Positions 39,178 through 49,887 are shown, counted from the stretch's first letter. The stretch: 57,238 nt of DNA from an uncultured bacterium (GCA_964644695.1 CAZXWN010000016.1:1-57238); one strand, 5' to 3'. Numbers and translations: made by a program. Notes: generated by a model from the letters alone, not told the origin.

Positions 39178-40587
39178 ATGACTCATAATGATGTTCCACA
39201 TTACGACATAGCTATTCTGGGTGGCGGACCTGCCGGATACACGGGAGCTATTCGGGGAGCACAGTTAGGACGCAAAGTCTGTTTGATTGAAAAAGAACAG
39301 TTGGGTGGAACCTGTTTGTGGAAAGGATGTATCCCCAGCAAAGCCTATCTAAACGCATCAGAATTATTATATAAAGCCCAACATTCATCGGATTTTGGAA
39401 TACATATTGAGGGACAGGTAACCGCTGATTTTAATGCTATTTTCAATCGGAAGGAAAATATTGTTTCTCTGTTGAATAATGGAATCAAATCCTTATTAAA
39501 GAGTCAGGGCGTTACCGTCATATATGGAACAGGGTCGCTTCGAAATAGCAGAACCCTTGAGATAAAAACAGGTAACAACTCATCCCAGCTCATTACGGCT
39601 GACAACATTCTGTTATGTACCGGTTCCCGCCCCGCGTCTCTGGCCGACCTTCCTGCAGATGGGGAAACGATACTCTCCACAGATCAATTTTTCCAATTAA
39701 AAAAGCTCCCCGAATCCATTCTGATTCTGGGAGCGGGATATACAGGTTGTGAGACGGCCTTTACGCTGTCCGAGTTAGGGGTTGATGTAACCCTGGTGGA
39801 AATGATGCCCCTGCCATTACCGGGAGCGGATATTGATATTTCCACCTTATTGGCGCGTCAATTTCGAAAGCGAAAAATCCGTCTTTTGACGGATACCCGA
39901 CTGCTATCCTTTGACAGAATGAATCCGGGTATACGGGCCCATTTTTCCAAAGGCGACCCCATTATCGTCAATCAAATCCTGATAGGAATCGGCCGGGCGC
40001 TCAATACGGAAAATATGGGATTTCAGGATGCAGGCCTTGGAATGGGCCCAAAGGGACAAGTCATTGTCAATGAAAAGATGCAAACCAATATCCCTGGGAT
40101 TTATGCGGCAGGCGATATAGTCGGCAAGATGATGCTGGCGCATGTTGCATCTAAACAGGCGCTTATCGCTGTTGAAAACATGTGTGGGCACAACAGAGAA
40201 ATGAAATATCATGCGATTCCCTCCTGCACCTTTACGCATCCACCGATTGCATCTGTCGGCCTCACCCAGCAGGATTGTGAACAACAAAAAATCCCCATCC
40301 GGACAGGTCGATTCCAGGTCAGGACTTTAGCTGCTTATCAGGTGGCTGGGGAGCTGGATGGATTGGTTAAGGTTATTGCAAAGGAATCAACCGGACAGAT
40401 ACTGGGAATTCATCTGATGGGGAAAAATGTTGCAGAGATGCTGGGTGAGTGTGTACTTGCTGTCAAAAATGAAATGATAGACAAAGACTTTGCTGAACAT
40501 GTTAGAGCGCATCCCACCATGGCCGAAGCTATTCAGGAAGCCGTAGAGGATTCCTTCGGCTTATCCATTCATACACCAAAGAAATAA
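39178..40587 (+). CDS. lpdA: Dihydrolipoyl dehydrogenase
   Basis: GGGPAG, GGTCLWKGCIPSK redox disulfide, MLAHVA and HPTMAE; AAGGAG RBS. Confidence 0.88.
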   Translation: MTHNDVPHYDIAILGGGPAGYTGAIRGAQLGRKVCLIEKEQLGGTCLWKGCIPSKAYLNASELLYKAQHSSDFGIHIEGQVTADFNAIFNRKENIVSLLNNGIKSLLKSQGVTVIYGTGSLRNSRTLEIKTGNNSSQLITADNILLCTGSRPASLADLPADGETILSTDQFFQLKKLPESILILGAGYTGCETAFTLSELGVDVTLVEMMPLPLPGADIDISTLLARQFRKRKIRLLTDTRLLSFDRMNPGIRAHFSKGDPIIVNQILIGIGRALNTENMGFQDAGLGMGPKGQVIVNEKMQTNIPGIYAAGDIVGKMMLAHVASKQALIAVENMCGHNREMKYHAIPSCTFTHPPIASVGLTQQDCEQQKIPIRTGRFQVRTLAAYQVAGELDGLVKVIAKESTGQILGIHLMGKNVAEMLGECVLAVKNEMIDKDFAEHVRAHPTMAEAIQEAVEDSFGLSIHTPKK

Positions 40588-40600
40588 GAGATAATAAATT

Positions 40601-41071
40601 ATGAAATGGACAACTGAAGTTACTTTTGATCTTCCAATTGAATTAGTCTGGCATTACATTAACCAGCAAATCTCTTCACTAAGACTGACACCTCGGATTC
40701 GGGTGGACGGGTCCCATTTATCCCTTATTCCCCAGAAATCATTCATCCTGGCAAAACATCCATTGGAACTTTCTAACTATTCAGATATTGTTCTTATCCC
40801 AATCTCGGATAACTCCACTTCCTGCAAATTAACATTTCAACTCACTCATCTGATTATCTTCCTGACTGTTTTCGTCGGTATCTTTATTGTCTTTCTGGCA
40901 ACCTTCCTCAGCATTATTCAAGAGGCGTCCTGGTTCTCAGCCTTTCTCTCATTGGGACCGACATTGCTGCTAATCATGGGTGCAATGACTCTCTTGATAT
41001 TGGGAGTTAAGTGGACGATTGAACTTTGGCTGAAGAAAATTTCAGACCAAATAAAAAACCTCGTACCTTGA
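40601..41071 (+). CDS. Hypothetical membrane protein
   Basis: 156-aa ORF with two C-terminal TM segments, filling the gap between lpdA and a terminator. Confidence 0.6.
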   Translation: MKWTTEVTFDLPIELVWHYINQQISSLRLTPRIRVDGSHLSLIPQKSFILAKHPLELSNYSDIVLIPISDNSTSCKLTFQLTHLIIFLTVFVGIFIVFLATFLSIIQEASWFSAFLSLGPTLLLIMGAMTLLILGVKWTIELWLKKISDQIKNLVP

Positions 41072-41088
41072 AAGGTACGAGGTTTTTT
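41053..41088. terminator. Bidirectional terminator ending the ribosomal superoperon and the lpdA unit
   Basis: aaaaaacctcgtacct-tgaa-aggtacgaggtttttt. Confidence 0.9.
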
Positions 41089-41103
41089 GATTTCTTTTAC
41101 CGA

Positions 41104-41346
41104 TTATTCATCGGCTTTTAAAAGCAAGGCAATTACAATCGAAACATAACCTAAAATAATCAGGAATGGTGCCACAATTCCTTGCCAGTTACGTCCATAA
41201 GCATCCACATAGGGCATTAAGAAGAACCCTAAAACAATGCCTACTAAGCCGGCAGTGAAGATAAACTTCTTCAGAAAGAGTCGTGACCCCTTCTGAGCTG
41301 TTAAACTACTTTGATTCGGTTGCACTGGCTGAGGCTTGCTTTCCAC
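41104..41346 (-). CDS. Small two-TM membrane protein (DUF3098-like) overlapping the rplQ 3' end
   Basis: [12 protein letters not shown]...[10 protein letters not shown] pattern; GTG start preceded by GAGGTG; fills the gap before the terminator. Confidence 0.6.
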   Translation of the reverse strand: MESKPQPVQPNQSSLTAQKGSRLFLKKFIFTAGLVGIVLGFFLMPYVDAYGRNWQGIVAPFLIILGYVSIVIALLLKADE

Positions 41347-41758
41347 TTGCCTTCACCTCTTCTTTAGCGGTTTTATCGGCCGGAATTTCTTTGATTTTTT
41401 CGGGAGCATCCACTAATTCAAGACAGGCTTTCATCGCCGCATCTCCGGGACGGAATCCCATTTTAATCACCCGGGTATAACCGCCATTACGGTTGGCATA
41501 ACGCGGAGCAATTTCATCAAACAATCGCTTCACAACCGTCTCAGACCGGACAGTCTGAGCTACAATTCGGCGATGATGCAAATCATTTTTCTTGGCATGG
41601 GTTATGAGTTTCTCAGCAATCGGACGCAGGACCTTAGCCTTAGTTTCGGTGGTCACAATGCGATCATGTTCAAACAGGGCTGTAACCATATTCCGGAATA
41701 AGGCAATCCGGTGGGAAGTGGTCCGACCCAACTTTTTTCCAGCTACTCGATGGCGCAT
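41306..41758 (-). CDS. rplQ: 50S ribosomal protein L17
   Basis: [19 protein letters not shown]. Confidence 0.98.
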   Translation of the reverse strand: MRHRVAGKKLGRTTSHRIALFRNMVTALFEHDRIVTTETKAKVLRPIAEKLITHAKKNDLHHRRIVAQTVRSETVVKRLFDEIAPRYANRNGGYTRVIKMGFRPGDAAMKACLELVDAPEKIKEIPADKTAKEEVKASGKQASASATESK

Positions 41759-41826
41759 ATCTCTCTGTAACCTCTTCTTTTCACAATGTCAGTGATGGTT
41801 AGGAAACGAATACATCTGCCGGAAGG

Positions 41827-42849
41827 CTAGATACTGTCGTTTGAATCCCGTTTTACCGGCTGCCCGTTGATGATTTTCATCCCCAGGAACAGGTCCATCT
41901 TTTCCAAGATTTCCTTAATTTCATTCAGTGATTTTTTACCAAAGTTACGGAATTTAAGTAACTCATCTTCACTATAAATAATCAATTCACGAATCGTCTT
42001 GATGTTGGCAGCCTTCAAGCAATTATATGCCCGAACTGACAATTCAAGTTCTTCGATGCTCTTATCAAGCAACGGATGTTGAGTGCCACCAATGGCTGAT
42101 TCGGTAGGAACCTTTTCATCCATCGTCGGAGCAGCATCTTCAATTTCTGAAGAGTCTGTACTTTGAACAAAAACTCGGAAATGCTTGATCAAAAGGCTAG
42201 CGGCTTCACCTAAGGCATCCTGCGGTGAAACACTACCATTTGTCCATATTTCCAAAGTCAGTTTTTCATAATCTGTCCGCTGTTCAACACGGGTATTCTC
42301 AACCAAATATTTAACTCTACGAACAGGAGTATAGATGGCATCAATAGGTAAAACACCAATAATTTGATGAGCCGGTTTATTCTCGTCCGCCGGAACATAT
42401 CCACGGCCTCGTCCTACAGTTAATTCCATCTGCAGTTTGGCGCCAGGACTCAGCGTGGCGATTTCAAGATCAGGATTTATGACAGTTACCATACTGTTTG
42501 ATTGGAAATCAGCAGCTGTCACAACACCTTCCCGATCAACATCAAGAATCAGAGTCTGAGGTTCTTCAACTAAGGAACGCACGACTAAGGACTTCAAATT
42601 AATAACGATGTCCATGGCATCTTCCTTAATTCCCGGAATTGCCGTATTTTCATGCAAAACACCGTCAATCTTAACTGAAGTAACAGAATCTCCTAAAATC
42701 GAGGTCAAAAGGACCCGACGAAGGGAGTTGCCTATCGTAACGCCATACCCTCTTTCCAGAGGTTGGAAAGTAACCTTCCCATATTCCTGTGTCAGAGTTT
42801 CCTCGTCCCACTGAAACTGGTCCGGGATAAGAAATCGCATATTTTCCAT
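41827..42849 (-). CDS. rpoA: RNA polymerase alpha subunit
   Basis: PLERGYGVTIGNSLRR, LSVRAYNCL, NFGKKSL. Confidence 0.98.
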   Translation of the reverse strand: MENMRFLIPDQFQWDEETLTQEYGKVTFQPLERGYGVTIGNSLRRVLLTSILGDSVTSVKIDGVLHENTAIPGIKEDAMDIVINLKSLVVRSLVEEPQTLILDVDREGVVTAADFQSNSMVTVINPDLEIATLSPGAKLQMELTVGRGRGYVPADENKPAHQIIGVLPIDAIYTPVRRVKYLVENTRVEQRTDYEKLTLEIWTNGSVSPQDALGEAASLLIKHFRVFVQSTDSSEIEDAAPTMDEKVPTESAIGGTQHPLLDKSIEELELSVRAYNCLKAANIKTIRELIIYSEDELLKFRNFGKKSLNEIKEILEKMDLFLGMKIINGQPVKRDSNDSI

Positions 42850-42990
42850 TCAGTGTCTCCTTTAGTCTCGTGTCACACCGGTTTATAAAACCATTAAGGC
42901 TTATTTTAAATCGCATCCAAAAGACGCGGGGGCCGTCGCTTTTTCCAAAGTCTTTTAACAGAATTTGGAATCGCTTAACTAGTGCAACAC

Positions 42991-43617
42991 CTATTTGGAG
43001 TAGAATTCGACGACCAATTGTTCTTGGACATCCAGTGGAATTTGATCACGAGTCGGGACAGATAAAATACTGCCGCTAAACTTCTCAAAATCACAGGATA
43101 ACCAAGCCATTGATTCCCGGGATTTGGCAACTTCCACAGCCTGCACAACACCCGGATTTTTACGACTTTTTTCAGTCACTGCAACGACAGAACCGGGTTT
43201 AACCAAGGCTGACGGAACATTGACTTTTTTGCCATCTACCGTAATGTGTCCGTGCAGTACTAACTGACGGGCCTCAGTTCGGGAAGTAGCAAAACCCATT
43301 CTAAAGACAACATTGTCTAAACGACGTTCCAGAAGTGCCAGTAGATTTGTACCCGTGATGCCACGCATCCGGCTGGCTGCTTCAAAGTAATTACGGAACT
43401 GTTTTTCTAATACACCATAAATAATTTTGATTTTCTGCTTTTCGCGCAGATGAACTCGATAATCTGACGGTTTTACGCGGGAGCGGCCATGCTGACCAGG
43501 AGCATAACTACGCCGTTCAAGGGCGCATTTCTCCGTGTTGCAACGAACGCCTTTTAAAAATAATTTTACGCCTTCCCGGCGGCAAATCCGACAATCAGGA
43601 CCTGTATTCCGTGCCAC
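42991..43617 (-). CDS. rpsD: 30S ribosomal protein S4
   Basis: CRICRREG, LERRLDN, VVEFYSK. Confidence 0.98.
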   Translation of the reverse strand: MARNTGPDCRICRREGVKLFLKGVRCNTEKCALERRSYAPGQHGRSRVKPSDYRVHLREKQKIKIIYGVLEKQFRNYFEAASRMRGITGTNLLALLERRLDNVVFRMGFATSRTEARQLVLHGHITVDGKKVNVPSALVKPGSVVAVTEKSRKNPGVVQAVEVAKSRESMAWLSCDFEKFSGSILSVPTRDQIPLDVQEQLVVEFYSK

Positions 43618-43650
43618 AAGTATCCTCCAATAGTTTACTCAGGTAAAAGT

Positions 43651-44034
43651 TTAGATTCTCCGCCGTTTGGGGGGTCTGCACCCGTTATGCGGAATCGGGG
43701 TAACATCCTTAATCATGCTGATATCTAGACCAGCAGCTTGGATAGCACGAATGGCCGATTCACGACCGGCACCCGGCCCCTTGACGAAAACTTCCACTTC
43801 CCGCAAGCCCATATCCATGGCCTTGCGTGCTGCGGCCTCTGCGGTCACTTGAGCAGCAAAAGGAGTGCTCTTTCGAGAACCCTTGAAACCTTGTGTGCCA
43901 GCAGATGCCCAAACCAGCGTGTTTCCTTTCGGATCGCTGATGGTCACAATTGTATTATTAAAAGTGGCCTGAACATGAACAACACCCTTACTAAAACCAA
44001 GGGCTTTCTTTTTACTTACTGTCTTTTTTTCCAT
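43651..44034 (-). CDS. rpsK: 30S ribosomal protein S11
   Basis: [19 protein letters not shown]. Confidence 0.98.
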   Translation of the reverse strand: MEKKTVSKKKALGFSKGVVHVQATFNNTIVTISDPKGNTLVWASAGTQGFKGSRKSTPFAAQVTAEAAARKAMDMGLREVEVFVKGPGAGRESAIRAIQAAGLDISMIKDVTPIPHNGCRPPKRRRI

Positions 44035-44096
44035 GCTAGATTAACCCCTTACTGATTTTCGCTCGTAAGTCTGACATTATCATTTCAATATACAGA

Positions 44097-44468
44097 CTAT
44101 TTCTTGCGCTGGGCGCCCACTGTTCTCCGAGGACCCTTACGGGTACGAGAATTTGTGTGCGTGCGCTGGCCACGGACGGGTAGACCCCGGCGATGACGAA
44201 GACCCCGATAACATCCAATATCCATATAACGTTTGATGTTCTGGGTTATTTCACGCCGTAAATCACCTTCCACCTGATAATCCCGAGCGATCAGGTTGTT
44301 AATCCGGGCAATCTCCTCACCGGATAGATCTTTGACTCGACGTTCCGGATCGATGTTGACCTTTTTTAACATTTCCAGGGCAAAGGTTCGGCCAATGCCA
44401 TAGACATAGGTCAGGGAGATACTTATTTTCTTCTCCCGAGGGATGTCGATACCTGCTATGCGTGCCAT
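44097..44468 (-). CDS. rpsM: 30S ribosomal protein S13
   Basis: [19 protein letters not shown]. Confidence 0.98.
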   Translation of the reverse strand: MARIAGIDIPREKKISISLTYVYGIGRTFALEMLKKVNIDPERRVKDLSGEEIARINNLIARDYQVEGDLRREITQNIKRYMDIGCYRGLRHRRGLPVRGQRTHTNSRTRKGPRRTVGAQRKK

Positions 44469-44477
44469 AGTTCCTCT

Positions 44478-44591
44478 TTATCCTTGTTTTTGTTTATGAC
44501 GAGGGTTTTCACAAATCACACGGACCTTGCCGTGCCGCCGGATGATTCGGCATTTTTCACATCTTTTTTTAATGGATGACCGTACTTTCAT
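44478..44591 (-). CDS. rpmJ: 50S ribosomal protein L36
   Basis: Too short for the ORF track; hand translation [37 protein letters not shown]. Confidence 0.97.
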   Translation of the reverse strand: MKVRSSIKKRCEKCRIIRRHGKVRVICENPRHKQKQG

Positions 44592-44617
44592 GTTCCATTT
44601 CCTTCTATGATTGCTGG

Positions 44618-44836
44618 TTATTTATTGCGGAAAACAATCCGACCCCGATTCAAGTCGTAAGGGGACAATTGAACCTTCACCTTATCACCAGGTAAAATAC
44701 GAATAAAATGCATTCTCATTTTTCCCGAGACATAGGCGAGTACCACATGTCCATTTTGGAGTTCTACTTGGAACATTGCATTGGGCAGTGGCTCAATTAC
44801 TGTTCCTTCTACTTCGATGGATTCTTGCTTTGCCAT
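44618..44836 (-). CDS. infA: Translation initiation factor IF-1
   Basis: [21 protein letters not shown]. Confidence 0.98.
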   Translation of the reverse strand: MAKQESIEVEGTVIEPLPNAMFQVELQNGHVVLAYVSGKMRMHFIRILPGDKVKVQLSPYDLNRGRIVFRNK

Positions 44837-44920
44837 AAGGTTGAACTATAAAGTTCTACTCTCCTCCACTTGAATGGTGGTCCGGTTAATAACAAATCCT
44901 GCCATTAACCATAATGTTAG

Positions 44921-45679
44921 TTAATTTAAAGATGTCAAAATAACGGGACCATCTTTTGTAACAGCGACCGTATGCTCAAAATGTGCTGAAGGCATACCAT
45001 CTTTCATAACTACAGTCCAACCATCGTCTAAGACCCGAATATCAGGTCGGCCCATACTAACCATTGGCTCAATTGCCAACACCATACCTTCCAACAATCT
45101 TGGGCCACGACCAGGACTGCCATAATTAGGTACGGGAGGGTCTTCATGCATACTACGACCAATTCCATGCCCAATCATTTCCCTGATCACGGAAAATCCG
45201 TGCTTTTCAACATAAGCCTGAACTGCATGGGATATATCACCTATTCGGTTACCAACCACAGCCTGTTCGATGCCGAGAGAGAGCGAATCCGCCGTCACCT
45301 TAACCAGTCTCTGGTGAGATTCAGAAATCGCATCCGGATTGCCAACGATAATTGTCACAGCCGCATCGCCGTGCCATCCGTTTTTAATGACTGTAACATC
45401 AATACTCACGATATCACCTTCATTAATAACACGTCCTGAAGGTATTCCATGCACTAATTGTTCATTTACAGAAACACAAATGTGCGCAGGATACCCATGA
45501 TAACCAAGGTCTGCTGACTTTCCACCCTTTTTATGGATGGACTCAGCAGCCCAAAGGTCCAAATCTTTTGTTGTAATACCAGGAACAAGTCTATCTTTAA
45601 GTTCTGAAAGAACCTCCGCAACGACAAGACCTGCCGCGCGAATTGATTCGATTTCTTTCAAAGACTTGAAGTATATCAT
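44921..45679 (-). CDS. map: Methionine aminopeptidase type I
   Basis: VHGIP, GHGIG...HEDP, IEPM, AHFEHT. Confidence 0.97.
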   Translation of the reverse strand: MIYFKSLKEIESIRAAGLVVAEVLSELKDRLVPGITTKDLDLWAAESIHKKGGKSADLGYHGYPAHICVSVNEQLVHGIPSGRVINEGDIVSIDVTVIKNGWHGDAAVTIIVGNPDAISESHQRLVKVTADSLSLGIEQAVVGNRIGDISHAVQAYVEKHGFSVIREMIGHGIGRSMHEDPPVPNYGSPGRGPRLLEGMVLAIEPMVSMGRPDIRVLDDGWTVVMKDGMPSAHFEHTVAVTKDGPVILTSLN

Positions 45680-45686
45680 TATAACA

Positions 45687-46352
45687 CTATTTATTAGACA
45701 TATCCAGATTGTTACATATCATCTGGAATAGATCTTCTTTGCGAATTTCACCGTCAAGAGACAACAAAATTCCCTTTCGGGTGTAGAAATCTACTAATGG
45801 CTGCTTGGTTTTGCTTTCATATTCAGCAAAACGCTTACGAACTGTTTCCTCGTTATCATCAGCCCGGTGAAACAAATCAGTTTGACAGTCGTCGCATTTT
45901 CCAGCTGTTTTGGGAGGCATTCCGATGAGATTGTAAACACGCCCACATTTTAAACAAGATCTGCGATTTATTATCCGTGAAACCAGAGTTTGCTCTCTTA
46001 CTTCCAGATTAATGGCCTTGCTTAAGGTCTTCCCCTGCTTAGTCATAATGTCATCAAGGGCTTCCGCCTGAGCCAATGTTCGGGGAACTCCATCAAGAAT
46101 AAACCCTTTTGAACATTTTTCGCTAGCAAGTTCCTTTTCCAAAATCCTAAAAATCAGTTCATCTGGAACATACAAACCTTTATCCATAAATGATTTGGCT
46201 TCAATTCCCAAATCGGACTCTGCAACAACTTCTTGTCTTAAAATATTTCCAGTAGAGATATGAGCAAGTCCATAATGCTTAAGAAGAAATTCGCATTGGA
46301 CACCTTTTCCTGAACCAGGAGCACCTAAAAGTATCAAATTAAGCGGTGACAT
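45687..46352 (-). CDS. adk: Adenylate kinase (Zn-type lid)
   Basis: GAPGSGKG, LDGVPR, CxxC...CxxC, RADD. Confidence 0.97.
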   Translation of the reverse strand: MSPLNLILLGAPGSGKGVQCEFLLKHYGLAHISTGNILRQEVVAESDLGIEAKSFMDKGLYVPDELIFRILEKELASEKCSKGFILDGVPRTLAQAEALDDIMTKQGKTLSKAINLEVREQTLVSRIINRRSCLKCGRVYNLIGMPPKTAGKCDDCQTDLFHRADDNEETVRKRFAEYESKTKQPLVDFYTRKGILLSLDGEIRKEDLFQMICNNLDMSNK

Positions 46353-46354
46353 TT

Positions 46355-47758
46355 CTACCAGTTACCTCTACCTTTAAGCGGCCGCTGTGGAACAAATCCT
46401 TCATAGTGACGCATAATTAAGTGTGACTCAATCTGCTTCATTGTATCCAAAGCAACACCGACTACAATAATTAGTCCTGTACCACCCAAGAAACTAGAGA
46501 TAATATATGGCACACCGAGCATAATTGTTACGGCTTCGGGAACAATGGCGATAAAAGCCAAGGCAAAAGCTCCAGGTAAAGTAATTCTAGTTAATATCTT
46601 ATCAATCATATCTGAAGTTGGTTTTCCTGGGCGAACACCTGGGACGAAAGCTCCATATTTTTTCAAATTTTCTGAAACATCCACAGGGTTAAAAGTAACA
46701 GCAGTGTAGAAATAGCAGAAAAACACCGTAGCTAGAACAAACATAAAGTTGTACGGGTTAATCATCTTCAGAAAAAACAATAAACCAACACGGTCATAAC
46801 CAGTTGGAACAAAACTCCATAAACTCATATTTTCTGCATAGGGATTAAAAAATGATTGAATGAATTGAGCAACACTGGAATTCGACCCTAATAAATTTGC
46901 TATTGTGCTTGGGAAAATAAGTATAGAACTAGCAAAAATGACGGGGATAACGCCAGCATGATTAATTTTAAGAGGAAGATAAGTGGGCGTGCCCCCTACA
47001 ACTCTTCGACCAACAACTCGTTGTGCATGTTGAATTGGCAGCTTTCTCTGGCCTTGAGTTAGAAGAACAACTCCAGCAGAAATTAAAGCAAATAGTGCCA
47101 ATATAATAACAATCTTAAAGATACTCAGCTGACCAAGATTGAATTCCTGGATTGCCGTGGTAACTGCCATTGGCATACGAGCAATAATCCCTGCGAAAAT
47201 TAAAAGTGAAATTCCATTTCCAATTCCACGCTCGGTAATTTGTTCACCCAGCCACATCAGGAAAGCTGTTCCAGCAGTTACTGTTATCATAAACATCAAC
47301 CGAAAACCAAAACCTGGGTTCATGACAATCATATGCCCTGTAGAATTCATACTTTCAGCATACATCGCCAAGCCATATGCCTGAAAAGCAGTCAATACGA
47401 TAGTTCCATATCGAGTGTATCGGGTTAAAACTTTTCGGCCCTGATCTCCTTCTTTAGCTAATCTTTCCAAAGAAGGAATTACGACGGTCAATAACTGGAG
47501 AATAATCGATGCAGATATATAGGGCATAATCCCCAGAGCAAAAACCGTTAATTGTTTAAAGGCCCCACCTGAAAACATATCCAGTAAACCAAATAATCCG
47601 CCCCCACCAGTTTCAGCCATTTGTTGAATAGCAACAGTGTTAATCCCAGGAACAGGTATATGTGCGCCTAACCGAAATATGACCAGGAAGAACAAGGTAT
47701 ATAATATACGCCGACGAAGATCGGGAATGTTCATTATGCTTTGAAAAGCTTTAATCAT
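46355..47758 (-). CDS. secY: Preprotein translocase subunit SecY
   Basis: LGIMPYISASI, GIGNGISL, PGVRPG, GGTGLII. Confidence 0.98.
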   Translation of the reverse strand: MIKAFQSIMNIPDLRRRILYTLFFLVIFRLGAHIPVPGINTVAIQQMAETGGGGLFGLLDMFSGGAFKQLTVFALGIMPYISASIILQLLTVVIPSLERLAKEGDQGRKVLTRYTRYGTIVLTAFQAYGLAMYAESMNSTGHMIVMNPGFGFRLMFMITVTAGTAFLMWLGEQITERGIGNGISLLIFAGIIARMPMAVTTAIQEFNLGQLSIFKIVIILALFALISAGVVLLTQGQRKLPIQHAQRVVGRRVVGGTPTYLPLKINHAGVIPVIFASSILIFPSTIANLLGSNSSVAQFIQSFFNPYAENMSLWSFVPTGYDRVGLLFFLKMINPYNFMFVLATVFFCYFYTAVTFNPVDVSENLKKYGAFVPGVRPGKPTSDMIDKILTRITLPGAFALAFIAIVPEAVTIMLGVPYIISSFLGGTGLIIVVGVALDTMKQIESHLIMRHYEGFVPQRPLKGRGNW

Positions 47759-47805
47759 ATTTTGCCCATTAAAAATAAAATTATGAAATAAAACTCAAAA
47801 CTTAT

Positions 47806-48261
47806 TTAAGCCTTGAGCCCTTTAACTTCAACTTTGCCACCAATTGCTTCAATTTTCTGCTTTGCAGATTCAGAGAAAGCGTTGGCAATAATGGTCACTT
47901 TTTTAGTTAAATCACCATTTGCTAATACCTTAACTGGCTGGTCGGCATGTTTAATCACACCTGCATCGCGTAGAACCTGTGCATCAATAACATCAGTCTG
48001 CACACGCTCTAAATCACATAAATTGACAATCTGATAGCAATACTTTTGGAATTTTGTGTTATGGAAACCACGTTTAGGCATACGACGCATTAAAGGCATC
48101 TGACCACCTTCATATCCCCATCTATTATGAGCACCAGATCGGGCAGTCAAGCCTTTTCCGCCACGGGTTGATGTTTTTCCGTGACCACTTCCTGTTCCGC
48201 GTCCTACGCGTTTACTTTTTTTCCTAGAACCATCATTAAACGTAAATTCGTGGAGTTTCAT
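47806..48261 (-). CDS. rplO: 50S ribosomal protein L15
   Basis: RVGRGTGSGHGKT, EGGQMP. Confidence 0.97.
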   Translation of the reverse strand: MKLHEFTFNDGSRKKSKRVGRGTGSGHGKTSTRGGKGLTARSGAHNRWGYEGGQMPLMRRMPKRGFHNTKFQKYCYQIVNLCDLERVQTDVIDAQVLRDAGVIKHADQPVKVLANGDLTKKVTIIANAFSESAKQKIEAIGGKVEVKGLKA

Positions 48262-48338
48262 AGCCTACTCTCTAATGTCTAATTTGTTTTATGAACATTG
48301 TTGATGTTATTACAATCAAAAACAAAGCTCAACTTTAA

Positions 48339-48884
48339 TTAATTATTTGCCCTCAAAGCAGCAACGACAGCTGGATCTTTCAGTCGTTTCAAAGCATCAA
48401 TTGTTGCAGCAACAACATTAATAGCAGTATCTGACCGTTGGGATTTTCCAACAATATCATGAATCCCAGCTAATTCAACAACAGGACGAACGGTCAACCC
48501 CGCTCGAACACCAGAACCTTCTTTAGCGGGTTTCAGAAGAACACGTGCGGCACCGAAAATACCAACCACTTCATGCGGAATTGTTTTCCCTTTCAAAGGG
48601 ATACGGAAGATATTTTTACGTGCATCATCAGTTGCCTTACGGATAGCTTCAGCGACTTCGCGAGCCTTTCCATATCCAGCGCCTACCTGACCTAGTCCAT
48701 CACCCACGACAACAATAGCCGTGAAACTGAATCGCCGTCCACCTTTAACAACTTTTGCCACGCGGTTGACTTTAACAACCCGCTCTTCAAAACGAAATTC
48801 TTGTGAATCAACGGACTGCCGATTATCGGGAGCCTGGCGATCATGTGCTTTTTTAAATTGAGTTGTGGTTTTCTGATCTGTCAT
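48339..48884 (-). CDS. rpsE: 30S ribosomal protein S5
   Basis: [15 protein letters not shown]. Confidence 0.98.
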   Translation of the reverse strand: MTDQKTTTQFKKAHDRQAPDNRQSVDSQEFRFEERVVKVNRVAKVVKGGRRFSFTAIVVVGDGLGQVGAGYGKAREVAEAIRKATDDARKNIFRIPLKGKTIPHEVVGIFGAARVLLKPAKEGSGVRAGLTVRPVVELAGIHDIVGKSQRSDTAINVVAATIDALKRLKDPAVVAALRANN

Positions 48885-48893
48885 GGTCCACCT

Positions 48894-49250
48894 TTAGAAT
48901 TGCAATCCAGCGGAACGTGCTGCTTCCGCTAATGCTTTTACTTTACCGTGAAATTTATAACCAGACCGATCAAAAACCACCTTAGTGATATTTTTAGTCT
49001 GGGCTATTTCAGCAATTTTTTTACCCACTTCAGTGGCACCTTCCTTATTAGCTTTTAAGCCTTTAAGGTTATCAGCTTTTGTCGAAGCTGCTGCCAATGT
49101 TTTTCCAGCTAAATCATCAATCAATTGAACATAGATGAAACGGTTACTCAAAAAGATGCTTAATCGAGGCCGTTCCAAGGTCCCTGAAAGGTGACTACGT
49201 ATGCGAAGATGACGACGATTTCGTCCTTCTAACTTTTTATTTGCTGACAT
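48894..49250 (-). CDS. rplR: 50S ribosomal protein L18
   Basis: RPRL, VFDRSGYKFHG. Confidence 0.97.
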   Translation of the reverse strand: MSANKKLEGRNRRHLRIRSHLSGTLERPRLSIFLSNRFIYVQLIDDLAGKTLAAASTKADNLKGLKANKEGATEVGKKIAEIAQTKNITKVVFDRSGYKFHGKVKALAEAARSAGLQF

Positions 49251-49279
49251 AATATTTTAACTCCTCGTTGCCTTATCGA

Positions 49280-49828
49280 TTAAGCAGTTGTTTTTCCAAC
49301 TTTACGACGCAACTTCTCATCTGTAAACCGAATACCTTTGCCCAGATAGGGTTCTGGCGGACGTATTCGTCGGATTCTCGCTGCGGTTTCACCTATCAGC
49401 TGTTTATCAGCGCTGAAAAGCTTAATACGTGTTGTTTTATCCTGATTTGTTTCTAACTCCACTTTAATTCCAGTCGGAACAGGAAATAAAACAGGATGAG
49501 ATAAACCGGCTTGAATATTAATTGAAGTACCTTCCAGGGTAGCACGGTAACCAGTGCCCACGATATCAAGGCTCTTACGATAACCTTCAGTAACACCTAC
49601 CACCATGTTATTCAATTGAGCCCGGCATAAGCCATGTAAACTGCGAACTTGCCGATCTTCTGCCGCCCGACTTACAACAAGGGTATTACCTTCCTGGACG
49701 GCGCTGATTGATTCCGGCAGGTCTAAATGTAATGAACCATTTGGTCCGGAAATATCAATGGATTTTCCGTTAATTTGCACTTTGACTTTATCTGTCAGAG
49801 GCACAGGGAGACGTCCAATTCGTGACAT
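49280..49828 (-). CDS. rplF: 50S ribosomal protein L6
   Basis: MSRIGRLP start at 49828; PEPYLGKG. Confidence 0.97.
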   Translation of the reverse strand: MSRIGRLPVPLTDKVKVQINGKSIDISGPNGSLHLDLPESISAVQEGNTLVVSRAAEDRQVRSLHGLCRAQLNNMVVGVTEGYRKSLDIVGTGYRATLEGTSINIQAGLSHPVLFPVPTGIKVELETNQDKTTRIKLFSADKQLIGETAARIRRIRPPEPYLGKGIRFTDEKLRRKVGKTTA

Positions 49829-49887
49829 ATTATTTATCCTACTTAATCCGATTTTAACCGGCAATTACGCCGGGCTTCCAGTTTTGC

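Noticed and set aside
42850..42990. 141-nt rpsD-rpoA spacer as an ncRNA
   Set aside because: Only short, weak hairpins were seen (e.g. TTCCAAA/TTTGGAA), which is not enough support without comparative data.
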